Positions 1 to 8,397 of a DNA stretch of 64,000 nucleotides are shown here, one piece after another. Within the stretch, counting starts at the first letter, position 1; every line of letters starts with the position of its first letter. A program made the position numbers and the translations under genes. This DNA comes from Bacillales bacterium (GTDB lineage Bacteria; Bacillota_I; Bacilli_A; RF39; UBA660): contig JAEEKI010000019.1 of NCBI GenBank assembly GCA_016282375.1, positions 79,186 to 143,185 on the forward strand. Reading direction: 5' to 3'. Below the pieces are notes generated by a model that saw only the letters and a list, made by a program, of their open reading frames with translations, was not told the origin of the DNA and did no database searches.

Positions 1-133
1 ATTTTTGATAATAAAGACAATAATCACTTTCATCATTGATCGCATAAGTAAATTCAGGCTTTAAAAAGAGAATGATTGTATTAATAACAATAAAAAAAAC
101 AGCTGTAGTAATGCATATTACACTTTTTATCAT
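1..133 (-). CDS. hypothetical membrane-anchored protein, N-terminal part only (gene runs off the window start)
   Basis: ATG at 133-131 opens the frame MIKSVICITTAVFFIVINTIILFLKPEF..., which stays open to position 1. It has a hydrophobic N-terminal anchor like its neighbour at 142..489. It is below the ORF-track size cut-off. Confidence 0.35.
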   Translation of the reverse strand, partial: MIKSVICITTAVFFIVINTIILFLKPEFTYAINDESDYCLYYQK

Positions 134-141
134 TGGCTACC

Positions 142-489
142 TCACGCTAAACGAAAATCAGCACAATTACCACTGCTGAAACAAACATTAGCAAATTCAT
201 TAACATTTATTTTAAATTCATATAAACTTTTTAAATTAACTTTAACATAACTATCAGTTGTTAAAACAATCATATCTTTTTGGACAGATGACACATAAAA
301 ATTAACATTCTCAATAGTAAATGTTTTATCTACTACTAAATCATCATATACAACATCTTCTCCCTGATAATTAACAATCAGTTTACTATATAAACTCTTA
401 TTATGTTGTTTATTAATAATATACATTCCTATGGCGCAAAAGCAAAGAAATACAGCAATTATAATAGGAATCATCTTACCTTTATCCAT
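142..489 (-). CDS. hypothetical membrane-anchored protein
   Basis: 115-aa ORF with a GAAGGG RBS upstream and an N-terminal TM helix (MIPIIIAVFLCFCAIGMYII). No recognisable motif. Confidence 0.5.
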   Translation of the reverse strand: MDKGKMIPIIIAVFLCFCAIGMYIINKQHNKSLYSKLIVNYQGEDVVYDDLVVDKTFTIENVNFYVSSVQKDMIVLTTDSYVKVNLKSLYEFKINVNEFANVCFSSGNCADFRLA

Positions 490-556
490 CTAATCATACC
501 CTTCCTATTATAATTATAGGACAAAATAAATGAATAGTAAAGAAAAATGAATCCGC

Positions 557-1099
557 TTAGGATTCATAATTATATATACCATGAATTTTTTCTAAATCAC
601 CATTAGATAAACTGTTAACTTCCCAACGATTATCTCTACGAAAGACGTAGAAATCTATCGTGTAATCCACTCTATCGGTGGTCATTTTCATTTTTTCTAA
701 CTTATACTTCATATATTTAGAAACATCATAAACACCATTTTCATCATTAAAATCGTCCGCATTATTAGCTAAATAATAACTCGTTTCTTTCTGCGTTTTA
801 TAATAATCATAAACAGTAATTTTCACTTTAATAATGGCTTCATCACCATCATATTCTTCATCTAATATTTCATATTGCATATCTGTATATTGTTTTTTAA
901 AAATAGCTAAATAAGTTTCTTTATCATCTTCAGACATATTTTCGGTATCGACTACATTATACATATCACTTAAAACTCCAGCATCTAAAGAATTATATTT
1001 ATCTAAGTAATCTGTCACAGCCATCTTGGCCGTTTGACCACAACCAGTTAAACAAATAATCAACAATAACAGTATTAATACATCATATATTTTTTTCAT
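557..1099 (-). CDS. lipoprotein, unknown function
   Basis: Signal peptide with lipobox LLIICLTGCG, followed by an acidic mature domain. Confidence 0.6.
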   Translation of the reverse strand: MKKIYDVLILLLLIICLTGCGQTAKMAVTDYLDKYNSLDAGVLSDMYNVVDTENMSEDDKETYLAIFKKQYTDMQYEILDEEYDGDEAIIKVKITVYDYYKTQKETSYYLANNADDFNDENGVYDVSKYMKYKLEKMKMTTDRVDYTIDFYVFRRDNRWEVNSLSNGDLEKIHGIYNYES

Positions 1100-1136
1100 T
1101 ATTCCTCCATTTATAAGATGGATAATAAGTAAAAAA

Positions 1137-1727
1137 TTATACTACTTTATTACTTTTCTTAATTAAATCACATATATATATTTCTTTTTCTGTAATATTA
1201 TTCACACTAGCATACATTTTTTTGAGCATCTGTTTCTCATCTTTTTTGGCTACATTAAACCATTCATAATAGTAATAAGTTAGCTTATCAGTATTATTTT
1301 CTTTAGCAATGTCATCTAGTTCATTAATAATCGTTTGTTTAATTTCATGATTAAGACGTAAGTCAGAATCCAAATTATCTTTAAGAGATTTATGATATGG
1401 TATTTTACTTAATCTAAGATCCCCTATTTGTTTACTAATTTTAAATTCATCCTCTAAAGATAAGGAACTTTTAAGAATACTTTTTCCCTTATGATCAAAG
1501 ATAATACCCACATAACTAAAAGTATCACTAAAAAGAAGTGGTTTATTCGGCAAATAAATCGAGTTTTTAAGAATAGTTACATTATATTCCAAAAAGTCAC
1601 TTAGCGTCTGACTATCCACACGATAAACATTTACATTTTTAAATTCTGTAATAGAATCACTACTTAACCAATCATAAAACATATAATAGTTACTCATAAA
1701 ATTAAGTTTAATACTTTTTACTTGCAT
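1137..1727 (-). CDS. hypothetical protein
   Basis: Long ORF. I prefer the internal ATG (MQVKSIKL...) because AAAGGGGA lies 6 nt upstream. The start abuts the stop of the upstream small ORF. Confidence 0.5.
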   Translation of the reverse strand: MQVKSIKLNFMSNYYMFYDWLSSDSITEFKNVNVYRVDSQTLSDFLEYNVTILKNSIYLPNKPLLFSDTFSYVGIIFDHKGKSILKSSLSLEDEFKISKQIGDLRLSKIPYHKSLKDNLDSDLRLNHEIKQTIINELDDIAKENNTDKLTYYYYEWFNVAKKDEKQMLKKMYASVNNITEKEIYICDLIKKSNKVV

Positions 1728-1728
1728 A

Positions 1729-1923
1729 TTATCCCCTTTCATAAACCAGAATTATTAAAAATGCGCCTATCAACAAGATATTGCATTCAATATTACTAAT
1801 AATAAATTTAACATATTTTCCAAAACTATACCCTGCCGTAAGCAAATTTAAGTTTAAAATACAAAAAAACAATCCCATGATAGACAAAATAAATCCCAAT
1901 AAATATATAAGAACTCTCTTCAT
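1729..1923 (-). CDS. small two-TM membrane protein
   Basis: 64 aa, two hydrophobic segments, tightly packed against the next gene. Confidence 0.4.
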   Translation of the reverse strand: MKRVLIYLLGFILSIMGLFFCILNLNLLTAGYSFGKYVKFIISNIECNILLIGAFLIILVYERG

Positions 1924-1982
1924 TTACTATAATTCTATTTATAAAATTAGAAATATATTATATAATTTAATAAGGTGATAGT

Positions 1983-2789
1983 ATGAGTTTAATAAAATAT
2001 ATTATATTAGCAATTATTCAAGGAATTACTGAACCATTACCGATTTCCTCAAGTGGACATATGACATTATTTAAATCAATATTTAATACTAATATGTTTA
2101 ATGATTTAAATTTTGAAATAGTATGTAATTTTGGATCTTTCTTAGCAATATTATACTTATTTAGAAAAGATGTCATCATATTAATTAAAAACTTTCTAAG
2201 TTTTATTTTTAAAAAAGATAAAAGTAAAAAGAATAGTTTCTTATACTGCATATATATTGTCGTTAGTACTATTCCTGTTATTATAACGGGTTTTCTATTT
2301 AAAGATATGATTGAAACCAAACTATCTAGTTTATACTTTTTAGGAATAGCTTTCTTAATTACCGCCATATGTCTTTTCTCTGTAAGAAATATCAAAGGAA
2401 ATAAAGACGATAATGAAATAACATTAAAAGATGCCATCATTATTGGTTTATTCGAAGCTATTGCAATTATGCCAGGTATTTCACGTAGTGGTGCTGTTCT
2501 AGTCGCTTGTTTAATGTGTAAATTCAAAAAAGACACGGCACTAAAATATACATTTATACTCTATTTCCCTGTTAGTCTTGGAGCTATGGTATTAGGAATG
2601 AAAGATTTAATATCTTCTCCAAATACAATTAGTTTATTAATGCCATATTCTCTTGGTGCCATCATCGCAGGAATAATAACCTATTTCTCATATCAATGGT
2701 TAGCATCGTGGGTTAAAAAAGGTAAACTACAATACTTTTCAATTTATTGTTTCCTACTTGCCCTATTTATATTTATTTATTTTAGGTAA
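1983..2789 (+). CDS. uppP: undecaprenyl-diphosphate phosphatase (BacA/UppP)
   Basis: Motifs EPLPISSSGH and PGISRSG, a polytopic membrane profile and ~268 aa length. Confidence 0.9.
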   Translation: MSLIKYIILAIIQGITEPLPISSSGHMTLFKSIFNTNMFNDLNFEIVCNFGSFLAILYLFRKDVIILIKNFLSFIFKKDKSKKNSFLYCIYIVVSTIPVIITGFLFKDMIETKLSSLYFLGIAFLITAICLFSVRNIKGNKDDNEITLKDAIIIGLFEAIAIMPGISRSGAVLVACLMCKFKKDTALKYTFILYFPVSLGAMVLGMKDLISSPNTISLLMPYSLGAIIAGIITYFSYQWLASWVKKGKLQYFSIYCFLLALFIFIYFR

Positions 2790-2790
2790 C

Positions 2791-2827
2791 AAAAAACACC
2801 TTATCATATCGATAAGGTGTTTTTTTA
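2791..2827. terminator. bidirectional rho-independent terminator
   Basis: 9-bp stem CACCTTATC/GATAAGGTG (2797-2805 / 2811-2819), flanked by an A-run and a T-run. It lies between the convergent uppP and 2825..3982 genes. Confidence 0.8.
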
Positions 2828-3982
2828 ATAAGCACATCCTGCGTAACCACTATAATCAACGCCACATGGCTCACCAGGATTATTATCATAACAGTAGATA
2901 AGTCCCTCTCTAGTAATGCTACATCCAATTTCACCGACATAGCAATCAATCCAGTCATCACCTGTCATACAATTACTATCAATATTTATTGATATTCCTG
3001 CATCGATAAAGGCTTGATATAATATCTGCTTGGCGCTTGTTTGTTGAGCCACTGTAAAACTACAATCGGTACTAGGACAATTTATATGTCCCGATAAGCC
3101 ATATTTTGTATATGGTTGACTTAAACATACTTCGTGGCCTTGGATAGTCGCACACGCATAATATTTACTACTATCTTGGCCTATATATACATTATGATTT
3201 GTTGCTGCCCCATTACTTTTTAATGTACCATCATATGCAGGAAAAGAATATCCTGGCTCGTATTGCATGGTCGACATATCATTAAAAATAGATGAAGTTG
3301 CTGGAAACCAATAACCAGTTGGACCTGAAGGAGTAATGTTTCCCGCAACGCAAGACACATTATCTATCCTAAATTTACCTGAATAGGTTTTATTTGATAA
3401 GCCACTTTGATCTGCTCCTACATTATAAAACTTACTTGATAGTGTCCATACAGCGGTACTAGTGGTACTTCCTGTTCCATCAATCTCAGCTCCCCTAACA
3501 ACCGTTGCAGCATTATTCGTGTATGTTAAAGCTGATAAATCTTTTTCACTAAAAATACTATTCGTTCCTTCATTTACATGTGAATTAATGGCAAGTGTTC
3601 CTTGTATCGTAAATTCATTACCTGTTACTCCACTTGTATGGGCTGTATATTTATCAGTTGATGTCCATTCATACACAATATCATATGTACACACCATACT
3701 ATAATCAGTATTTGGGGTAAAATTAACCGTTAAAGTTGTTGAATTATTCGCAGCGACATTACCCTGTTTAGCCTCCACCATATTTGCAGCAGTAATATTT
3801 AGTGTCATCCCACCACCAAGCGTATCAAATACCATGTTATTTTGCTCAGTCAACGTATTAACATTTGCTACATTCGTGATATTTAAATTACCGGTGGCAA
3901 AGTAGGCATACGTAGCAAATGTAATCATTGTTAACAACATAACTACCGCCATAACAAAAAGTATAATATTATTTTTTTTCAT
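2825..3982 (-). CDS. secreted protein with TasA/camelysin-like (SipW-class-like) signal peptide and Cys-rich C-terminal domain
   Basis: Start at MKKNNIILFV, with GGAGAATAGAGGTG upstream. The N-terminus ...TMITFATYAYFATGNLNITN resembles the AYF(T/S)D-type signal region of the TasA/CalY family. The last ~110 aa carry 11 Cys. Confidence 0.6.
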   Translation of the reverse strand: MKKNNIILFVMAVVMLLTMITFATYAYFATGNLNITNVANVNTLTEQNNMVFDTLGGGMTLNITAANMVEAKQGNVAANNSTTLTVNFTPNTDYSMVCTYDIVYEWTSTDKYTAHTSGVTGNEFTIQGTLAINSHVNEGTNSIFSEKDLSALTYTNNAATVVRGAEIDGTGSTTSTAVWTLSSKFYNVGADQSGLSNKTYSGKFRIDNVSCVAGNITPSGPTGYWFPATSSIFNDMSTMQYEPGYSFPAYDGTLKSNGAATNHNVYIGQDSSKYYACATIQGHEVCLSQPYTKYGLSGHINCPSTDCSFTVAQQTSAKQILYQAFIDAGISINIDSNCMTGDDWIDCYVGEIGCSITREGLIYCYDNNPGEPCGVDYSGYAGCAY

Positions 3983-4059
3983 AGACACCTCTATTCTCCT
4001 ATATTGTATATTATTATGATACATATATCAAGAATTTTAGTTATTTAAAAAAACAACCT

Positions 4060-4503
4060 TTATTGGTTGTTTTTTGTTTCAGACTTTTTAGTATTTTTTG
4101 TCTCTTTCTTTTCAGAAAATTCAAGTTTTTCAGTCAATTCTTTTAACACCTTTACTGTTGCTTCCTTAACATCCTTAGCAGCTCTTTGAACAGCAGGTGT
4201 ACCTTTGTTAACTGCTAAAGAAACAAGTTCATCAGCCTTTTTCTTAATAGCTTCGCCTTTTTTAACGGCAATTTCTTTTACTTTTTCTTTATCAAGTTCG
4301 CGAAGTTCATTTTGTAGTTCAATTACCTTTTCCGTAATATTTTCTTTTACTTCTTTAACATCAATTTTTTTAATGTTTTCTAAAAGCTCACCACATTTCT
4401 TTTTAAGATCATTTCTTGTCTCTTCGCCTTTCTTTGGAGCAAATAATAATCCTAGACCTAAGCCTGCTCCCAAGCCTAATAAAAACTTTCCTTTCTTACT
4501 CAT
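4060..4503 (-). CDS. YtxH-domain protein (general stress-type)
   Basis: N-terminus GKFLLGLGAGLGLGLLFAPKKGEETRNDLKKK is the YtxH signature, followed by a Lys/Glu-rich coiled coil. The terminator stem includes the stop codon. Confidence 0.7.
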   Translation of the reverse strand: MSKKGKFLLGLGAGLGLGLLFAPKKGEETRNDLKKKCGELLENIKKIDVKEVKENITEKVIELQNELRELDKEKVKEIAVKKGEAIKKKADELVSLAVNKGTPAVQRAAKDVKEATVKVLKELTEKLEFSEKKETKNTKKSETKNNQ

Positions 4504-4786
4504 ATTCATCCTCATCCTTTCCTTTATTTTTTATTGATGCAACTTTTGAAACTATTTTAGAAAATAATCCAGAAGTCTTATCATAAGCTGCATTCAATCT
4601 ATTAGCGGTTTTGTCAACTACACTAAATATACCATTTAATGAATTTACTTTACCTTCAATATTATCTGCAATTCGATCAATTTTATCCATTGCTTTTACG
4701 ACCTTAATACCAATAATAATACAAATTACTAAAAATACTATTAATAAAATATAAACAATAATTGGTAAAAAATGCGCTAAATCCAT
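4496..4786 (-). CDS. DUF948-like membrane-anchored protein
   Basis: Start MDLAHFLPIIVYILLIVFLV lies 1 nt after the upstream TAA. One TM helix plus a coiled coil, paired with YtxH as in the Bacillus ytxG-ytxH arrangement. Confidence 0.55.
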   Translation of the reverse strand: MDLAHFLPIIVYILLIVFLVICIIIGIKVVKAMDKIDRIADNIEGKVNSLNGIFSVVDKTANRLNAAYDKTSGLFSKIVSKVASIKNKGKDEDEYE

Positions 4787-4787
4787 A

Positions 4788-5681
4788 TTACTCTTCATCC
4801 TCCTTATTACTATACATCGAATCAATTAAATCAAACAAGTCATTTTCTAAAGTATCTTCAACTTCAGAAACCTTAATTTCTTTAGTTGTTTGATTTTTTT
4901 CTTCTTGAGTTTCATTACTACCCTCGATAGTATTATCCATATTTTCAATTTCTGAATCAATATCTAATGCCACATCAGCAGTATTTTCTAAAAGTTCATC
5001 AATTGTTTTAACTTTCTTTTGCTTTTCAGCAGGTTCCGTTATTGTTACGGTTTCACGATCTTCATAATATGTAGTAACTGGTGCTGGCATATCCTCATGT
5101 TTTTCACCAAAAGCCTTATTTCGCACTGCCTGGAGATCTACATGATCGCTATTCTGTCTTTGCATGATATCACTTTTAACATAGTCTTTGTCTAAAATAC
5201 CATATACCGGTGAAATAATTGGTGAAGGTTTAAACTTTCTTCTCTCTGTCGTTTCAACTGTTTCTATCTTCTCGTATCTACCATAATCTGTGCGCCGTTC
5301 TGTTTTCTTTTTTCTTTCATATTCTAAAACATTGGCTTGCCTTACCCTTTCTGCAGGTTGAGGTTTCGGTTGTTCAATACTATTTTGTTTTTCAAATTCT
5401 TTTTCATCAAAATCAAAGAATGGAAAATCTGACTTAGTATTAAACAATTCTCTTTCACTCACCGCCTCTTCTTTAGGAGCAGCAGGTTGAACCTTTTCCT
5501 TGCTATGATCCACAACTGGATTGGGCTCAACTGAATCCTTTTTTACAGGCTTTTCTATTTCTTCTTTTTTAACCTCTTTTACTGGTGTAGCTTCATTACG
5601 CATTTCAGGAGTAATCTTTATTTGTTCGGTATATTCCTCCTCTTCAAATAAGGCTTCTTTTATTTTTTGAAACAATTTCAT
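4788..5681 (-). CDS. acidic Glu/Lys/Pro-rich protein, unknown function
   Basis: ATG (MKLFQKIKE) lies 6-7 nt after AGGAAGGTG. The sequence is low-complexity and acidic, with a conserved-looking island PSPIISPVYGILDKDY. Confidence 0.55.
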   Translation of the reverse strand: MKLFQKIKEALFEEEEYTEQIKITPEMRNEATPVKEVKKEEIEKPVKKDSVEPNPVVDHSKEKVQPAAPKEEAVSERELFNTKSDFPFFDFDEKEFEKQNSIEQPKPQPAERVRQANVLEYERKKKTERRTDYGRYEKIETVETTERRKFKPSPIISPVYGILDKDYVKSDIMQRQNSDHVDLQAVRNKAFGEKHEDMPAPVTTYYEDRETVTITEPAEKQKKVKTIDELLENTADVALDIDSEIENMDNTIEGSNETQEEKNQTTKEIKVSEVEDTLENDLFDLIDSMYSNKEDEE

Positions 5682-5694
5682 TGACTTCACCTTC

Positions 5695-6339
5695 CTAATT
5701 TATTAAATCAATATCTTTAATTTGTTCTTCTTCAACATATTGATCTTGTTCCACAGCTTTCAAATAATTACTAACTTCATCACTAGTCGTATTAAAGATA
5801 TTGTATGTCTCTTCTTGATAACTCAAAATATTTTCATTTAGCATATTATTTATTATAACATCATTATATTCCACACTACGTAAAATGGTAACAGCATAAC
5901 TCAATGCCCGCTTTATATCTTGCTTATCTACCATTACTTCTATTTTAGCATAATTAAACATAATTTCAATCAAATATTGGTCATTTTCTTTTAAATTAAT
6001 CTCTAAATATCCAAATTTTTTATCTTTTTTTAAGCTTGTGGAATAATAAGCGGATTCATTCTTTGTATATTCAAATTCAACCTTATTAAAATAACTAATT
6101 AAATCAACGTAAAAATAAAAAGTCATGTCATCGGCTTCTAAAATTTCGTTATATAAACTATATTCACTAACAGTTAAACCTGTAGGAACATAATAACTAT
6201 AACCTGTCCGATATGTATTAACTTTTTTAATGTCACTAGCAAAGCCATTTATTATATCATCAACACTCGTTTTATTTAGGGTTTGACAACCACACATAAA
6301 GAGCATTAATACGACTAAAAACATTTGCTTTATTTTCAT
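5695..6339 (-). CDS. lipoprotein, unknown function
   Basis: Signal peptide with lipobox LFMCGCQ. Confidence 0.6.
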   Translation of the reverse strand: MKIKQMFLVVLMLFMCGCQTLNKTSVDDIINGFASDIKKVNTYRTGYSYYVPTGLTVSEYSLYNEILEADDMTFYFYVDLISYFNKVEFEYTKNESAYYSTSLKKDKKFGYLEINLKENDQYLIEIMFNYAKIEVMVDKQDIKRALSYAVTILRSVEYNDVIINNMLNENILSYQEETYNIFNTTSDEVSNYLKAVEQDQYVEEEQIKDIDLIN

Positions 6340-6372
6340 AAAAACACCAACAGTATTATATCATTATAATGA

Positions 6373-6981
6373 TTATTTTTCTACCTCTATATATTTGATT
6401 AAATATCCTTTACCAGCAAATTTCTTTTCATATTCTGTTTCCACATTATCTAAATTCTCTCTATGCAAATCATAAGATTTTTTTATAATATGATAACCAT
6501 AGTCAACAAAACTTTGTTCACTAAAAGCAAATAAATCATCATTATCTGTTTTCATGATAATATGAGCCTTACTCTTAAATAATTTATCATAGAATTGTAA
6601 ATAATTAGCATGAGTTAACCGCCTTTTCTCATGTCTTGCTTTTGGCCATGGATCAGAAAAATTCAAATATATCAAACTAACTTGATTAAAGATGAACATC
6701 GGCAAATTTAAGGCATCACCTACAAAAACTCTGATATTAGGAAGATGATATTCCGCTATTTTTTTAATGGCTACCGATGCTACTGAAGAATATTTTTCTA
6801 CTCCAATAAAATTAATATCAGGATATTTAAGAGCCATGTTCAAAAGAAAATCGCCCTTTCCCATTCCTATCTCCATTCTTATTTCATGATGATTATTAAA
6901 AAGATTTTCATCTAAATAAAAATCACAACTATTTAAAACTTCATCTTTATATTTAGGATTGCGCATCCGCATATTCATCAA
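6373..6981 (-). CDS. trmB: tRNA (guanine46-N7)-methyltransferase
   Basis: Motifs EIGMGKGDFL (SAM binding) and NFSDPWPKARHEKRRL. The exact start among several N-terminal Met codons is uncertain. Confidence 0.85.
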   Translation of the reverse strand: MMNMRMRNPKYKDEVLNSCDFYLDENLFNNHHEIRMEIGMGKGDFLLNMALKYPDINFIGVEKYSSVASVAIKKIAEYHLPNIRVFVGDALNLPMFIFNQVSLIYLNFSDPWPKARHEKRRLTHANYLQFYDKLFKSKAHIIMKTDNDDLFAFSEQSFVDYGYHIIKKSYDLHRENLDNVETEYEKKFAGKGYLIKYIEVEK

Positions 6982-7021
6982 CTTCTTTCTTTAACATATA
7001 TTACATTAGGGAGGAATTACT

Positions 7022-7303
7022 ATGAGAAAAAATCGAAATGCTTTCTTTACGGATAATAACATGAACTATCAAAATTATAATCCCATGATTGCCAACAATC
7101 CATTTCCAAACACTAATGCAATGAATTCTTTTTATGCCGGTAATATACCTATCAATAGTGACAACAATGAATTAATGGAGAGACTTGCCAAAATTGAAAG
7201 ACAAGTCAATCGGCTTGAACATCGTTTAAGCAAATTAGAAAGCAATAATATGCAAACCACAGATGATTACGATTCTCCAGCCAACAATATGTATATTATT
7301 TAG
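7022..7303 (+). CDS. hypothetical Asn-rich protein with C-terminal coiled coil
   Basis: GGGAGGA RBS upstream. 93 aa with an N/P/Q-rich N-terminus and a helix ELMERLAKIERQVNRLEHRLSKLE. Its end overlaps the convergent cse60-like gene by 4 nt. Confidence 0.45.
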   Translation: MRKNRNAFFTDNNMNYQNYNPMIANNPFPNTNAMNSFYAGNIPINSDNNELMERLAKIERQVNRLEHRLSKLESNNMQTTDDYDSPANNMYII

Positions 7304-7470
7304 TAATAAATTATCATCGCAGAAAAACAATAAATCTGTTCCTCACCACAAACGGAAATTGCCACCTGATACTTGATGTCTATTATATCACAATTATTTT
7401 CATCTAAGAAACTATTCACGGCCGCTTCCAAATCCTTTTCATGATTTTCATCAAATACTTTTACTTTCAT
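7300..7470 (-). CDS. sporulation protein Cse60-like
   Basis: 56 aa. MKVKVFDENHEKDLEAAVNSFL...IYCFSAMIIYY matches my recollection of the ~60-aa Cse60 family pattern (KVKxFDExHEKDLE ... QIYCFSA). Confidence 0.55.
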   Translation of the reverse strand: MKVKVFDENHEKDLEAAVNSFLDENNCDIIDIKYQVAISVCGEEQIYCFSAMIIYY

Positions 7471-7532
7471 AACATCACCCATTTAAGAGTACCACTGTTA
7501 TGGTGTCATATTATGTCAAAAAAAGGATGATT

Positions 7533-8324
7533 TTATTCACCCTTTGTAATATTTGCAAATCTAAATGCATCTCCATAACGATCAAAATTAACCGTTATCT
7601 TAGTTAAAGAATCCTTATAATTAAGAACATTTCTATAATCAGCACCCTCAAGTACATTATTACATGGTTCATCAACACAAATTTGACCAAAATCTTCAAA
7701 ATAAGCATACCCAATTATAGAAAGTTTGGTTTTCGTAGCTTTATAGGTATCAACTTCATAATTCCAAGATGGAAAACCTTCAACACCTCCAATGAAAGCT
7801 TCACCAACATAATTATCCCCTACCAACTGATAATTGTATGGAAAAATAGTAAAACTTTTTGGTAAATTAAAGTCTTCATTGAAATAATCCTTAACAATTT
7901 TCTTTAATACTGATTGTTTTATTGTACGATATTTAGCAATTTCATCATTAAAATCAGCCATCTCTTCAGAGTCAGTATAATCATCTTGTGTCAAAAGACA
8001 TTGAGCAATAATGAATTCAATATCTTGTGATAATTCACTTTTACTGACGATATTTTGTGTTGGATATGAACCCATCATATCAATTATGCCCGCAAAAACA
8101 TTAAACATTAACTCATAATCAATATCTAATGATTCTTCAGAAATTTCTTCATCGTCTGCTCCACTACTAACAGTTTCGTTATCTATTTTATTATCGGGAA
8201 TTACATTGTTTACCGATGCATTTTTAGCATTATCACGAAGAGCAAAGAATAAACAACCACCAAGTAATAAACAAATTACTATAGCGATATAAAAATACTT
8301 AATATCAATCTTCTTTTCATTCAT
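7533..8324 (-). CDS. membrane-anchored protein, unknown function
   Basis: Start MNEKKIDIKYF lies after AGGTGAGAG. One N-terminal TM helix, then an extracytoplasmic domain. Confidence 0.55.
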   Translation of the reverse strand: MNEKKIDIKYFYIAIVICLLLGGCLFFALRDNAKNASVNNVIPDNKIDNETVSSGADDEEISEESLDIDYELMFNVFAGIIDMMGSYPTQNIVSKSELSQDIEFIIAQCLLTQDDYTDSEEMADFNDEIAKYRTIKQSVLKKIVKDYFNEDFNLPKSFTIFPYNYQLVGDNYVGEAFIGGVEGFPSWNYEVDTYKATKTKLSIIGYAYFEDFGQICVDEPCNNVLEGADYRNVLNYKDSLTKITVNFDRYGDAFRFANITKGE

Positions 8325-8370
8325 AACTCTCACCTATTATAAAGATAATGCATATTCAAATAATTGTCAA

Positions 8371-8393
8371 ACAAAAAAGCACTGAAAAGTGCT
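8371..8393 (-). terminator. rho-independent terminator of leuS
   Basis: Stem AGCAC/GTGCT with a 6-nt loop, followed by a T-run on the minus strand, 5 nt after the leuS stop. Confidence 0.7.
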
Positions 8394-8397
8394 CTTT

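Noticed and set aside
2018-2536. 172-aa ORF antisense to uppP. Similar antisense ORFs occur at 3462-3704, 4205-4537, 9209-9493, 10794-11105, 14111-14389, 23679-23981, 28865-29161, 35660-35974, 40357-40779, 52788-53054 and 57910-58125.
   Set aside because: All sit inside well-supported genes on the other strand. They have low-complexity, Ile/Phe/Ser-rich, stop-poor shadow compositions and no RBS or recognisable motifs.
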